NCBI GenBank assembly: GCA_963667845.2
Contig: CAXXVL010000001.1
Location: forward strand, 768,001 to 832,000
Length of the DNA: 64,000 nucleotides
Direction of reading: 5' to 3'
From: Smithellaceae bacterium
GTDB lineage: Bacteria > Desulfobacterota > Syntrophia > Syntrophales > Smithellaceae
The translations under genes were made by a program, and so were the position numbers. Below are positions 19,440 through 28,146 of the stretch, piece after piece (positions within the stretch are counted from its first letter, which is position 1; every line of letters begins with the position of its first letter). The notes under the pieces were generated by a model. It saw only the letters and a program-made list of their open reading frames with translations. It was not told the DNA's origin and ran no database searches.

Positions 19440-20126
19440 ATGATGAAAAAGAATCCATTGCCTTGTCTGATATTCATTGGCCTCATGATCGTGTTTTGTG
19501 TTTCCGGATGTGCCACCACGGGGATTTATTCCATCGATATGGGTTATAATGCAAAAAATGCGATGATCCCTCCCTATTTGAAACCGGATCAAAAGGCTTT
19601 GCAGACGATCATCGGCGTTGCCGAGTTTGCCGATACGCGTAAAATAGACGATCCTCTCGTTATCGGACGCGTTATCGAAAGAAACGGCATGAAGGTGCTG
19701 GTGCTGCCGAAGCACAACCGGCCGACGCAGGCCGTTGCTGAAGGCATCAGGCAATATTTAAGGAAAGCCGGCTATAACGTATCCGGCGTCGGCGAACTCT
19801 GGAATCTGCGGGAAGGCACCATTCCCCAGGCGGCGAACAGCAAACTGCTGATCGGCGGCGCCATCGAAGACATGGACGTCGACTGCCGACGGGCATTTCC
19901 CACCAATACCTACACGACGAAATTAAGGATGACCGTTTACATCGCGGACACGGTTCAGAAAAAAATATTATACCATGCCACCGTGGAAGCCACGACGTCA
20001 CTCGAGCATGTGTCTTTTGCGGAAGAGCGGATGGGGGATCAGGCAAGTATAGCACTGGGCGATGCCATTGAAAGGATCTTTGAAAAGCGGGAGATAGCTC
20101 AAGCCTTTCGCGAAGCTCTGAAGTAG
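19440..20126 (+). CDS. Hypothetical lipoprotein
   Basis: Signal peptide with lipobox VSG-C. Confidence 0.8.
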   Translation: MMKKNPLPCLIFIGLMIVFCVSGCATTGIYSIDMGYNAKNAMIPPYLKPDQKALQTIIGVAEFADTRKIDDPLVIGRVIERNGMKVLVLPKHNRPTQAVAEGIRQYLRKAGYNVSGVGELWNLREGTIPQAANSKLLIGGAIEDMDVDCRRAFPTNTYTTKLRMTVYIADTVQKKILYHATVEATTSLEHVSFAEERMGDQASIALGDAIERIFEKREIAQAFREALK

Positions 20127-20168
20127 CAATCGTTCGAACCGGGGGAGCTTAGGTATACGGAGGTACCC

Positions 20169-21515
20169 ATGAGTACAGACGGCAAAACAGGATTCAATAA
20201 AGTTCTATCCGTGTTCATGGACTATTTCGGCATCGGCCGCACGGCATCCATCGTCGCGATGATTCTCGTGGCGGCGGTCATCCTTTTTGCCTGCTTCTGG
20301 TTTTTCCATTCTGCGCCTCCTAAAACGGTCGTCATGACCAGCGGAGAAAAAGGCAGCGCCTATTACAGCGTCGCCGAGAAATACGCGAAAATCCTGGCCC
20401 GCGACGGCGTGAAGCTGGTCATTCTGTCTTCGGCGGGTTCTGTTGAAAACCTCCAACGTCTGACGGATCCATCGGTCAGAGTGGACGTCGGATTTGTGCA
20501 GGCGGGTCTCGCCAAAGGGCAGAATATTGAGCACCTGGTTTCACTGGGGAGCGTTTCCTATCAGCCGCTCCTGGTTTTTCACCGCCTGCCGCATCCGGTA
20601 GAGATCTTATCGCAACTGGCAGGTAGGAGCATCGCTGTCGGACGCGAAGGCAGCGGAACGCGGAAGCTGGCCCTGGCGCTGCTTTCCGTAAACGGAATCG
20701 AGCCCGGCGGCCAAACGACATTCCTGGATGATGAAGGCGAGAAAGCGGCGGCAGACCTGCTCGGTGGAAAAGCGGATGCCATTTTTCTGATGGCGGATTC
20801 CGCTTCGTCGCAAACCATGCGCTCGCTCCTCCGAACGCCGGGAATCGCGCTGGTCAATTTCTCTCAGGCCGACGCCTATGTCCGTCGTATCGGTTACCTC
20901 AATAAATTGACAATGCCGAAAGGCGCCATGGAGTTCGGGAAGAATATTCCGGCCCAGGATGTGACGCTCGTCTCGCCCACGGTCGAACTGATTGCCAGAG
21001 ATAATCTGCATCCGGCCCTGTCCGACCTGTTGCTTGAGGCCGCAGTCGAAATCCACGGCCGCGCCGCACTCTTTCAAAATCGCGGAGATTTCCCGGTTTC
21101 TCTGGAGAACGAATACAAAATCAGCGCCGACGCCAAACGCTTTTACAAATCGGGCAAAGGCTTTTTCTACCGCTACCTGCCTTTCTGGCTTGCCAGTCTC
21201 GTAAACCGAATACTGGTCGTATTTGTTCCGCTCATCATTATTCTGATTCCCGGAATGAAAAGCATTCCGGCTATCCTGCGCTGGCGTATGCAGCTGCGCA
21301 TCAACCGGTGGTACCGGTTGTTGCTGATTGTGGAGCAGGAGTCGATGAAATCCGGAAAGTCCGGAAACGTGAATGCACTGGTGGGGCGGATTAATGAAAT
21401 CGAAGCCGACGTCAACAGAATGAAAGTGCCCGCCTCCTATGGCGAACAATTCTACGGATTGCGCATGCATATTAATTTTGTGCGCACCAGGATAGCAGAG
21501 TCGGCGCAGAGTTAA
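20169..21515 (+). CDS. TAXI-family solute-binding protein with N- and C-terminal TM segments
   Basis: G..GSAYY, SAGSVENL, VGFVQAG, GREGSGTR; hydrophobic segments at both ends. Confidence 0.8.
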   Translation: MSTDGKTGFNKVLSVFMDYFGIGRTASIVAMILVAAVILFACFWFFHSAPPKTVVMTSGEKGSAYYSVAEKYAKILARDGVKLVILSSAGSVENLQRLTDPSVRVDVGFVQAGLAKGQNIEHLVSLGSVSYQPLLVFHRLPHPVEILSQLAGRSIAVGREGSGTRKLALALLSVNGIEPGGQTTFLDDEGEKAAADLLGGKADAIFLMADSASSQTMRSLLRTPGIALVNFSQADAYVRRIGYLNKLTMPKGAMEFGKNIPAQDVTLVSPTVELIARDNLHPALSDLLLEAAVEIHGRAALFQNRGDFPVSLENEYKISADAKRFYKSGKGFFYRYLPFWLASLVNRILVVFVPLIIILIPGMKSIPAILRWRMQLRINRWYRLLLIVEQESMKSGKSGNVNALVGRINEIEADVNRMKVPASYGEQFYGLRMHINFVRTRIAESAQS

Positions 21516-21612
21516 TCCCGCTTAAGTGGGACGAGCGTTAATTCCCTGTCGCTTGCTGCGAAATAATGACGTTCATTTCATACCTCGACAGCTTGCTGCG
21601 AGGAGGTTGATT
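21514..21612 (+). repeat. Dispersed hairpin element, copy 1 (long form)
   Basis: AATCCCGC..GGGACGAGCGTTAATTCCCTGTCGCTTGCTGCGAAATAATGACGTTCATTTCATACCTCGACAGCTTGCTGCGAGG.GGTTGATT. Confidence 0.9.
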
Positions 21613-21666
21613 CCTTGACCGGGAAGGATCAACGCCTGACCGCAGCGGAAAACAGGCCGGGCCGTT

Positions 21667-21963
21667 ATGAACAAATTTGTCAAGAAAGCCAAGCGTGAGG
21701 CGGCCTATTACCGGGCGTTGATTGCTCATCCGGGCACGCCGCGGGCGGCCCGCTGGCTTATCGGCTGTGCGCTGGTATATTTGCTTTCACCGGTTGATCT
21801 GATTCCCGACTGGATTCCGGTTCTGGGAGTTCTGGATGATCTGGTGATTGTTCCCGGATTAATCATTGCCGCGCTGACGATGATTCCGCCGTCCGTTAAA
21901 AAGGTCTGCCGGGAGAAATCGGCGGACCGCACGCAAGGCGGCGACGGCCCGCGCGGATCATAA
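21667..21963 (+). CDS. YkvA/DUF1232 membrane protein
   Basis: YLLSPVDLIPDWIPVLGVLDDL. Confidence 0.9.
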   Translation: MNKFVKKAKREAAYYRALIAHPGTPRAARWLIGCALVYLLSPVDLIPDWIPVLGVLDDLVIVPGLIIAALTMIPPSVKKVCREKSADRTQGGDGPRGS

Positions 21964-21979
21964 CTCTGGAATAAAAAAC

Positions 21980-22966
21980 ATGGAGGTAAAATATATGAAA
22001 ATACTCAATACGGCGCCGATGTCCAATGTGTTGAAAGGCCTGATCGAAAGCAAGGCGGCGGGACTGTCGTTTTCCGTGGCAGAAGCCCATCGACTGCCGG
22101 AAGACCGGCTGGTGGCCCAAATCGCAGATGCGGACATTGTTCTGGGCGATTATACGGGCGCAACGCCCATCACCCGCCGGATCATCCAGGCGGCAAAAAA
22201 GCTCAAACTCATTCAGCAGCCGAGTGTCGGTTATAATCACATAGATGTTGCCGCCTGCACGGAGTTCGGCATTCCCGTGGCCAATACACCCGGCGCAAAC
22301 GATATCGGCGTCGCCGAGCACACCATCATGCTCGCACTGGCCTGCCTGAAATACCTGCCTTTTTACAATGAGCAGACGCATGCCGGCGAATGGCTTTTTA
22401 TCCATGCCCAGCGTACGGGCGTTTTTGAGCTCAACGGCAAAACGTACGGGCTGCTCGGTATGGGCCGCACCGCCCGGGCGGTGGCCGAGCGTCTCGTCCC
22501 GTTCGGCGTCAAACTGCTGTACTATGATGTTGTCCGGTTGAGTTCCGAGGAGGAAAAGCGGTATCAGGCGACATTCGCGCCGCTTGCCGAAATCCTGAAG
22601 ACGGCGGATGTCGTGAGCATTCATCTGCCGCTTTCCGAGGCCACCACAAGAATCATTGATGCCGACAAGCTGTCGCTCATGAAATCAAACGCCGTGCTCA
22701 TCAACGTGGGACGCGGCGCGCTGGTCGATGAAGCGGCGCTGGCCGATGTTCTCCGTTCGAAAAAAATTGCCATGGCTGCCGTGGATGTTTTTACCGAAGA
22801 GCCTCCGCCCAAAGATCATCCGCTCTTCGGTCTGGAAAACGCCATTTTAACACCGCATCTGGCGGGTTCGACACGCGAGTCCGGCGGACGTATTCTCAAC
22901 ATGGCGGTGGATAATCTGATCCGCATCCTGAAAGGCGAAAAGCCGTCATGGGTGTTGAACATATAA
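21980..22966 (+). CDS. D-2-hydroxyacid dehydrogenase (SerA/GhrB-like)
   Basis: VGYNHID, VANTPGAN..VAEH, GLLGMGRT, INVGRG, DVFTEEP, LTPHLAG. Confidence 0.9.
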   Translation: MEVKYMKILNTAPMSNVLKGLIESKAAGLSFSVAEAHRLPEDRLVAQIADADIVLGDYTGATPITRRIIQAAKKLKLIQQPSVGYNHIDVAACTEFGIPVANTPGANDIGVAEHTIMLALACLKYLPFYNEQTHAGEWLFIHAQRTGVFELNGKTYGLLGMGRTARAVAERLVPFGVKLLYYDVVRLSSEEEKRYQATFAPLAEILKTADVVSIHLPLSEATTRIIDADKLSLMKSNAVLINVGRGALVDEAALADVLRSKKIAMAAVDVFTEEPPPKDHPLFGLENAILTPHLAGSTRESGGRILNMAVDNLIRILKGEKPSWVLNI

Positions 22967-23005
22967 CTAAGCGGGATCCGGGTCCCCCGACAGCGGGGAT
23001 TCGAA

Positions 23006-23968
23006 TCAGCGTGCCGGATCGTACTTAAAGACTCGGGCGAGCGCGTCACCGTATCCTTTTATCGCCTTCATGCCACGGTCCGTTCCGGCAAAGGTCTCAA
23101 CGGGTTTGTCCGTTTGGATCATCTGCGTTTTGGTCGTCACCGCATCGAGTCTCTTGAAGTCGGGCAGAGACTCCCGGACGGCGGATGCATACTCTCGGAG
23201 CAAAGCGGCATACTGAGGCGAATACGTTTCACAGTGCGTCATCTGCGCCTTTCTTTTCCGTTCATCGAGGCGTTTCACTTGTACGGCCTGCGCATCGGAG
23301 ATGATGTCGGAGAATTTAGCCAATTCCCGTTCCAGGGGAGCGATATTTTTTTCCCTGGCGGCCGCGGCCCGCAAATCCAGCGCACTGATCTTGTTCGTGA
23401 TCGCGGCAATGGCCGCCTCTCGGCTCTCCACCTGGGCCAGTGTCGCCTTAAGTTCCGGCTGCCCCTCTGAGACGGCCTGGCCCTGCTGGTTCAATCGCTG
23501 GACATTCGGATCATTCTGCATTTTAGCGGACGCATTGCCGCTGGTTTGTAACGCCCAGGCGGTCTTTTCCTCCTGGCTCATCGTCTTTAGTTTCTTTCTG
23601 TCATCCGGTGAAACGCCATACTGACGCATCATTTCCTCGGCCCGGGCTTTTTTCTCTTCCTTCGTCAGCTTTCCGCTTTTTCGGGGTTTATCCGTCTGGG
23701 CCGATTGCGGCGTCATGCTGTCTTCAATCTTGTTCCTGTTGGCTTCAACATAATCCTTTGACGCCTTCTTGCGCTCGCGGAGATCTTTTTGCATAGCGCT
23801 CTCGACGCTATGGACCGCGGCGCGGAACGATGCCTTTTCCTGATCAGGAACGCGGCAGCAGATTTTCGGAGCCGGGGGCAGCTGAGTCAGATAAGCATCG
23901 AGCGATGTCTGGGCGCAGGCCATGGAGCTGGCAAAGAAGAAAGTCATTAAGAAAAAAAGTTTTTTCAT
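23006..23968 (-). CDS. Hypothetical exported helical protein
   Basis: MKKLFF...ACA signal peptide; coiled-coil-like body; GGAG SD. Confidence 0.7.
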   Translation of the reverse strand: MKKLFFLMTFFFASSMACAQTSLDAYLTQLPPAPKICCRVPDQEKASFRAAVHSVESAMQKDLRERKKASKDYVEANRNKIEDSMTPQSAQTDKPRKSGKLTKEEKKARAEEMMRQYGVSPDDRKKLKTMSQEEKTAWALQTSGNASAKMQNDPNVQRLNQQGQAVSEGQPELKATLAQVESREAAIAAITNKISALDLRAAAAREKNIAPLERELAKFSDIISDAQAVQVKRLDERKRKAQMTHCETYSPQYAALLREYASAVRESLPDFKRLDAVTTKTQMIQTDKPVETFAGTDRGMKAIKGYGDALARVFKYDPAR

Positions 23969-23993
23969 GGTCGTCTCCCCGTCGGATGATTTC

Positions 23994-24090
23994 AATCCCG
24001 CTTTGCAGGACGAGCGTTAATTCCCTGTCGCTTGCTGCGAAATAACGACGTTCATTTCACACCTCGACAGCCTGCTGCGAGGTGGCTGAT
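23994..24090 (+). repeat. Dispersed hairpin element, copy 2 (long form)
   Basis: Near-identical to 21514-21612. Confidence 0.9.
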
Positions 24091-24193
24091 GATGCTTTAT
24101 GCATCGAAGCGATGACGCTTATATCCATGCCGGATTTCGCAGTCAAGGTGTTTATGACCCAGGGATCGGCTGCAAAGATCGTTTCGGCCGAAA

Positions 24194-24772
24194 TTACGCA
24201 AGGGCCTTTTCGAGCTGTGCCGCAAGCTGCTTAAGCTCGCTTAGATTCAGCTCCAGAGATGCCTTGCCGCCGCCGGGATGCGCGATGGTCAGGGTCGCTC
24301 CCGTTTCCGTTTTTTCAACCTCCCACAGGGTTCCCTCCGGAAACTTGACGCGATCGGCGAGCCAATCGTCGGCCCGGAATTCGGCGATTTGAATCAGCAC
24401 GCCTACGGCATGGCGCGGATGAATGAATATTTCTTTCCAAACGCCTCCCGGATATTCATTGTAGCCGAAAAAGGGAATGCGCCGGGCTTCGAGATGCGCC
24501 ATGGCTTTCCGGATGTCGGGAGTCTGCAGGGTAATATGATGGACGCCGGCCTCTCTATCAGCGAGAAAACCGTCGAGAAAACTTCCCTTGCCCGTAGGCG
24601 AGATGATCTCCAGACGGGACAAGTCACCCAGGGAAAAGAGCCGCCAGAAAAATTTAGTAGCCGGGTCCTCGGCGCCGGTTCCTGCGACAGCCCCGAGAAT
24701 GTCGCGAAAAAAATGCTCGGCTTTTTCCTGATCTTTTACTGCGATGGAGACATGGTCTATTCGTGCAATCAT
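24194..24772 (-). CDS. VOC-family protein, methylmalonyl-CoA epimerase-like
   Basis: IDHVSIAV, RLEIISP, GVHHITL, FIHPR..GVLIQ. Confidence 0.8.
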   Translation of the reverse strand: MIARIDHVSIAVKDQEKAEHFFRDILGAVAGTGAEDPATKFFWRLFSLGDLSRLEIISPTGKGSFLDGFLADREAGVHHITLQTPDIRKAMAHLEARRIPFFGYNEYPGGVWKEIFIHPRHAVGVLIQIAEFRADDWLADRVKFPEGTLWEVEKTETGATLTIAHPGGGKASLELNLSELKQLAAQLEKALA

Positions 24773-25131
24773 CCGGGATTCTCCTTTTCGTTATTCAACG
24801 TGAGCTTTATCTTACGGGCGCCCCTTTCCTTCCGGAGAACGGACGGGTCGCCGATCCTCCTCCCAGGATAGAAATCTTCTTTCCTCGGCATTTTGCGCCC
24901 CCTGTTTAACATAAATCAGGAGAGGCGGGTATGACAAAAATCTATTGCATAGTGTTAATCCACAGCTTTACGGAGGAATCATGCGCATCATTGTTGTTTC
25001 CGTTTCATTGACCGTCTCGGGCCGGATTTGGCTGATAGGCAATTAGACAATAGATGACCGGGCGGTCAGAGGAGTTTGATTGCAAAAACCTACGAGCTCA
25101 TTTCGCCCTTGGATACAGGCAGTTGAATTCT

Positions 25132-25262
25132 TATTCCACAACATTGTTTAAAACCCTGTTGACAACTATGTGGATAAATCCGCCAAACGCGCCATTATCG
25201 GGCTTTTGCATCTCATTGCCCAAGGATTAAGCAATAATTTAATTAATAAAATTGAATACTTA
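25132..25262. promoter_or_regulatory. DnaA-box cluster with Fis-like site and AT-rich tract (DARS-like)
   Basis: TATTCCACA-4-TGTTTAAAA-3-TGTTGACAA-3-TGTGGATAA (25132-25177); GCCCAAGGATTAAGC (25218-25232). Confidence 0.65.
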
Positions 25263-25554
25263 CGATATAGCGAGTGATCATGGCTACTTAGCGGCGATTG
25301 AGCCCAGAGATATAAACTCTATTGAAAAAAATATGCCAGAGGAAAACGCAGGCACAAGAAATTTAGCCATTAAAGAGAGACAAAAAAATAGTTAAAATAA
25401 ATTAAGGAGTAACCGGGAAAAAAATATCTCGCGAGTCCAGGTCGCCTTCCTTTTACGGCCGATTGTTTACGCGGTTTCTGCCGATTTGCATAACCGAACC
25501 GATGCAAAAGGCGGTCGAGATTGCTTAAGTTCTTCTCATCCGATGAGTCAACAT

Positions 25555-25590
25555 AAAAAAAGCTCCTGATCGCCACCGATCAGGAGCTTT
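25555..25590 (-). terminator. Intrinsic terminator of the porin gene
   Basis: AAAGCTCCTGATCG...CGATCAGGAGCTTT stem followed by a U-run on the minus strand. Confidence 0.85.
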
Positions 25591-25620
25591 GGATTTCCTT
25601 GTTGAATTAGCGGGTTGTCT

Positions 25621-26943
25621 TTAGAAGGTCAGCGTCAATTTGTTGATGACCAGGTAGTCGTCGCGGACGCTGTTGGCGTCACTTTCTCCTTTGTAGAATT
25701 TACCGGTAAACATGTAACCGCCGCCCAGCATATAAGAAAGGTTATTTGTTATTTTATATTGAGCGGTCAGATCAACTTCAAAGCCGTAAGAGTTGTCCAC
25801 CCATGCCGCAGTCGGCTTTCTGTCGGCGTTGGCATAGGACACGGATCCCATAATATCCAGGCGATCAACAGGCCGGACACCGGCGCGCGCCTGGAAGAAC
25901 CAGGCATTGGACATCGGGCTCGACTGGCGGGCGCTGTTGAACCCGTCAATATTGCCCTGCCAGTACGTCCGGTCGTAATTCCACATGATCAGACAGGGAT
26001 TCCAGTCGATGCCGCCGGTCAGAGTGCCGCCTTCCTTCTTATTGGTTGTCCCGGGGTCATCTCCAGACACGTAAGCCGCCGTCCCGCCGACGTAGAAGAC
26101 TCCGAAATCGGCCACGGCATCAACCCAGGCCGAGATGTTTTGCATGTCGACGTCGGGAAGAGGCGAGCCGTCGCCATATTCGTTTTCTTTGCCCCACGCA
26201 TAGTTGAATTCCGCCTGCAGGAAGACAGGTCCCAGCTTTGCCTGGGTGAAGGGTGTTATCAGAAAAAAGTGCTTCATATTGTCGGCGATGGGTTTCTGGT
26301 CGGCATACCGGTACCAATATAAACTCAGCCAGCCCAGGAAGTCTTTCCACTTGTATTGGGCCTCCACGCCGTAATTGTCATTATCGGCGTCCATTACGCC
26401 GGCCGGATTGACAAAAGTGCGGCTTCCCTCCTTCACCTTGGTGGCCTTGAGGTTTAATGTAAAGGGGCCGGTCGCAAATGTATATTTGACGCGGCCATTG
26501 GGTGTTCCGCTGTCGCCGAAGACGCCGCCGATTACCCCCGTGTTCATATAGCCGACGTCAAAAAGACCGATCGGCGATTTGTAAGTCAGATAAAGCCAAT
26601 CGAAAGCAATGTTTTCATTTTCAGCCCTTGTTGCCGCAGATGCGGAATCGAGCCCCGTTCCCGGTGTTGACCTTGGTCCGCCCCAGGCTCTCTTCATCGT
26701 ATCAAAACGCGTCGTCAGCATGAGGCCCGGCACTACAACAAGAACGCCTTTCGTGCGCAGTCTCTGGTAGTAGAAGGCGGTTGAAATTCCATCTGAAGCC
26801 GTGTCTTTCATAACATTGGTTTTGTCCAGATAAAGGCCCGCCGCGTAAAATTCTCCGCTGAATTGGAGATCCATCGCAAAGACGATGGTGCCAAACACCG
26901 TGATGAATACGATTGCCGCCAAAAAAACTCCGATTTTCTTCAT
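25621..26943 (-). CDS. Outer-membrane beta-barrel porin
   Basis: Signal peptide, alternating aromatic beta-strands, GFEVDLTAQYKI..NLSYMLGGGY, C-terminal LTLTF. Confidence 0.8.
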   Translation of the reverse strand: MKKIGVFLAAIVFITVFGTIVFAMDLQFSGEFYAAGLYLDKTNVMKDTASDGISTAFYYQRLRTKGVLVVVPGLMLTTRFDTMKRAWGGPRSTPGTGLDSASAATRAENENIAFDWLYLTYKSPIGLFDVGYMNTGVIGGVFGDSGTPNGRVKYTFATGPFTLNLKATKVKEGSRTFVNPAGVMDADNDNYGVEAQYKWKDFLGWLSLYWYRYADQKPIADNMKHFFLITPFTQAKLGPVFLQAEFNYAWGKENEYGDGSPLPDVDMQNISAWVDAVADFGVFYVGGTAAYVSGDDPGTTNKKEGGTLTGGIDWNPCLIMWNYDRTYWQGNIDGFNSARQSSPMSNAWFFQARAGVRPVDRLDIMGSVSYANADRKPTAAWVDNSYGFEVDLTAQYKITNNLSYMLGGGYMFTGKFYKGESDANSVRDDYLVINKLTLTF

Positions 26944-27313
26944 GATCAATCCCTCCCCAAACAAAAATTAACCCCAAACTCTCCTGTCTGAAACAAACGC
27001 ATATCGCCTTTATGTTTCTTTCAATTCCCAACAAAAATAATGGCTGATCAAGTAAATGACAATGGTAGTTAAGCATCAGGGCATTGTCAGGTCCGGACTA
27101 CCACTCGCTTTAGACGAAGAGGGGTCCGATATTTTCCCGTCTTTAACGATGCAAAGGTTTCTCTGCGGATCTCGGTTCCTGATGAACAAAATACTTGACG
27201 CGTCCTGACATACAAGAGATATATCGAGTCCAAAACAGCTGGAAACGGCGCATATATTCACGATCATGCTCGCGGGCCGGGCAAGAGCCGGTTTAAAATC
27301 AGGAGCACAATTT

Positions 27314-27366
27314 ATGAACGTCATTGCAATCAACCACCTCGACAGCTTGCTGCGAGGTGGTTGATT
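27314..27366. repeat. Dispersed hairpin element, copy 3 (rearranged, symmetrical)
   Basis: CAATCAACCACCTCG-acagcttgctg-CGAGGTGGTTGATTG palindrome preceded by ATGAACGTCATT, an inverted internal piece of the element. Confidence 0.8.
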
Positions 27367-27497
27367 GGACGCCGCCGCCCTGTTCGCGACCCTGTCACTT
27401 CAACCGGGTCGAAATGCCGCACTCGTCTTGACAATTCCGGATATGCTTTCAATTTATTCACTAAGAAATGAATTTTACAGATAGAGAGGAGAAGACC

Positions 27498-27998
27498 ATG
27501 AAAGATTTAAACTATCTCTGTGTTGCGGAAGATGTCCTCACCAGGATCAAGCAGGGGGCTTTCCTGACTGTCAAAGCCCGGACTGTCCAGAATACGATGA
27601 CCATCGGCTGGGTTACCTTCGGCTTTATCTGGCAAAAACCGGTCATGATGATCGCTGTGCGTTCGACCCGCCATACCTTTGACCTGATGGAAAGAGCCCG
27701 GGACTTTACGGTGACGGTGCCGTCCGGAGACATGGGCAAAATTCTTGCCGTATGCGGCTCCAAATCCGGCCGGGACGTCGATAAGTTCGCGCTGTGCAAA
27801 CTGGCCACGGCGGATGGCCGCCATGTTGTCTCGCCGATCATCAACGTTCCCGGAATCCACTATGAATGCCGGATCGTTTACGCATCGGCAATGAATCCGG
27901 CTCGTCTGGATGAAAATTATGACAAGACCCTCTATCCGAAAAAGGATTATCACACGCTTTATTTTGGAGAGATCCTGGCCTGCTACGAAACCGACTAG
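27498..27998 (+). CDS. Flavin reductase-like (flavoredoxin) protein
   Basis: NTMTIGW, AVRSTRHT, CGSKSGRDVDK, YECR, HTLYFGEI. Confidence 0.88.
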   Translation: MKDLNYLCVAEDVLTRIKQGAFLTVKARTVQNTMTIGWVTFGFIWQKPVMMIAVRSTRHTFDLMERARDFTVTVPSGDMGKILAVCGSKSGRDVDKFALCKLATADGRHVVSPIINVPGIHYECRIVYASAMNPARLDENYDKTLYPKKDYHTLYFGEILACYETD

Positions 27999-28146
27999 TC
28001 CGGGCGCGGGGGCCGCTTCAGTAAAAAATGAAAATATCAATCCAGCGCCGGAATTGTCGGGAATGAGGCCTCTTCGTTGCGACGGCTGCAGATGCCTCTT
28101 GCGAGCGGTCCGTCCGCCTGGGATCGAATTCACAAATGAGCGATGC

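Noticed and set aside
21538..21729. Small ORFs ending NQxPRSKLSRxEMxVIISQQA (also 58329-58661; 51371-51631 likewise overlaps a copy)
   Set aside because: These are translations of the dispersed repeat element, not genes
24780..25550. oriC
   Set aside because: Only one perfect DnaA box and no dnaA/dnaN/gidA/rpmH context; a DARS-like reading is preferred, though oriC cannot be excluded without GC skew
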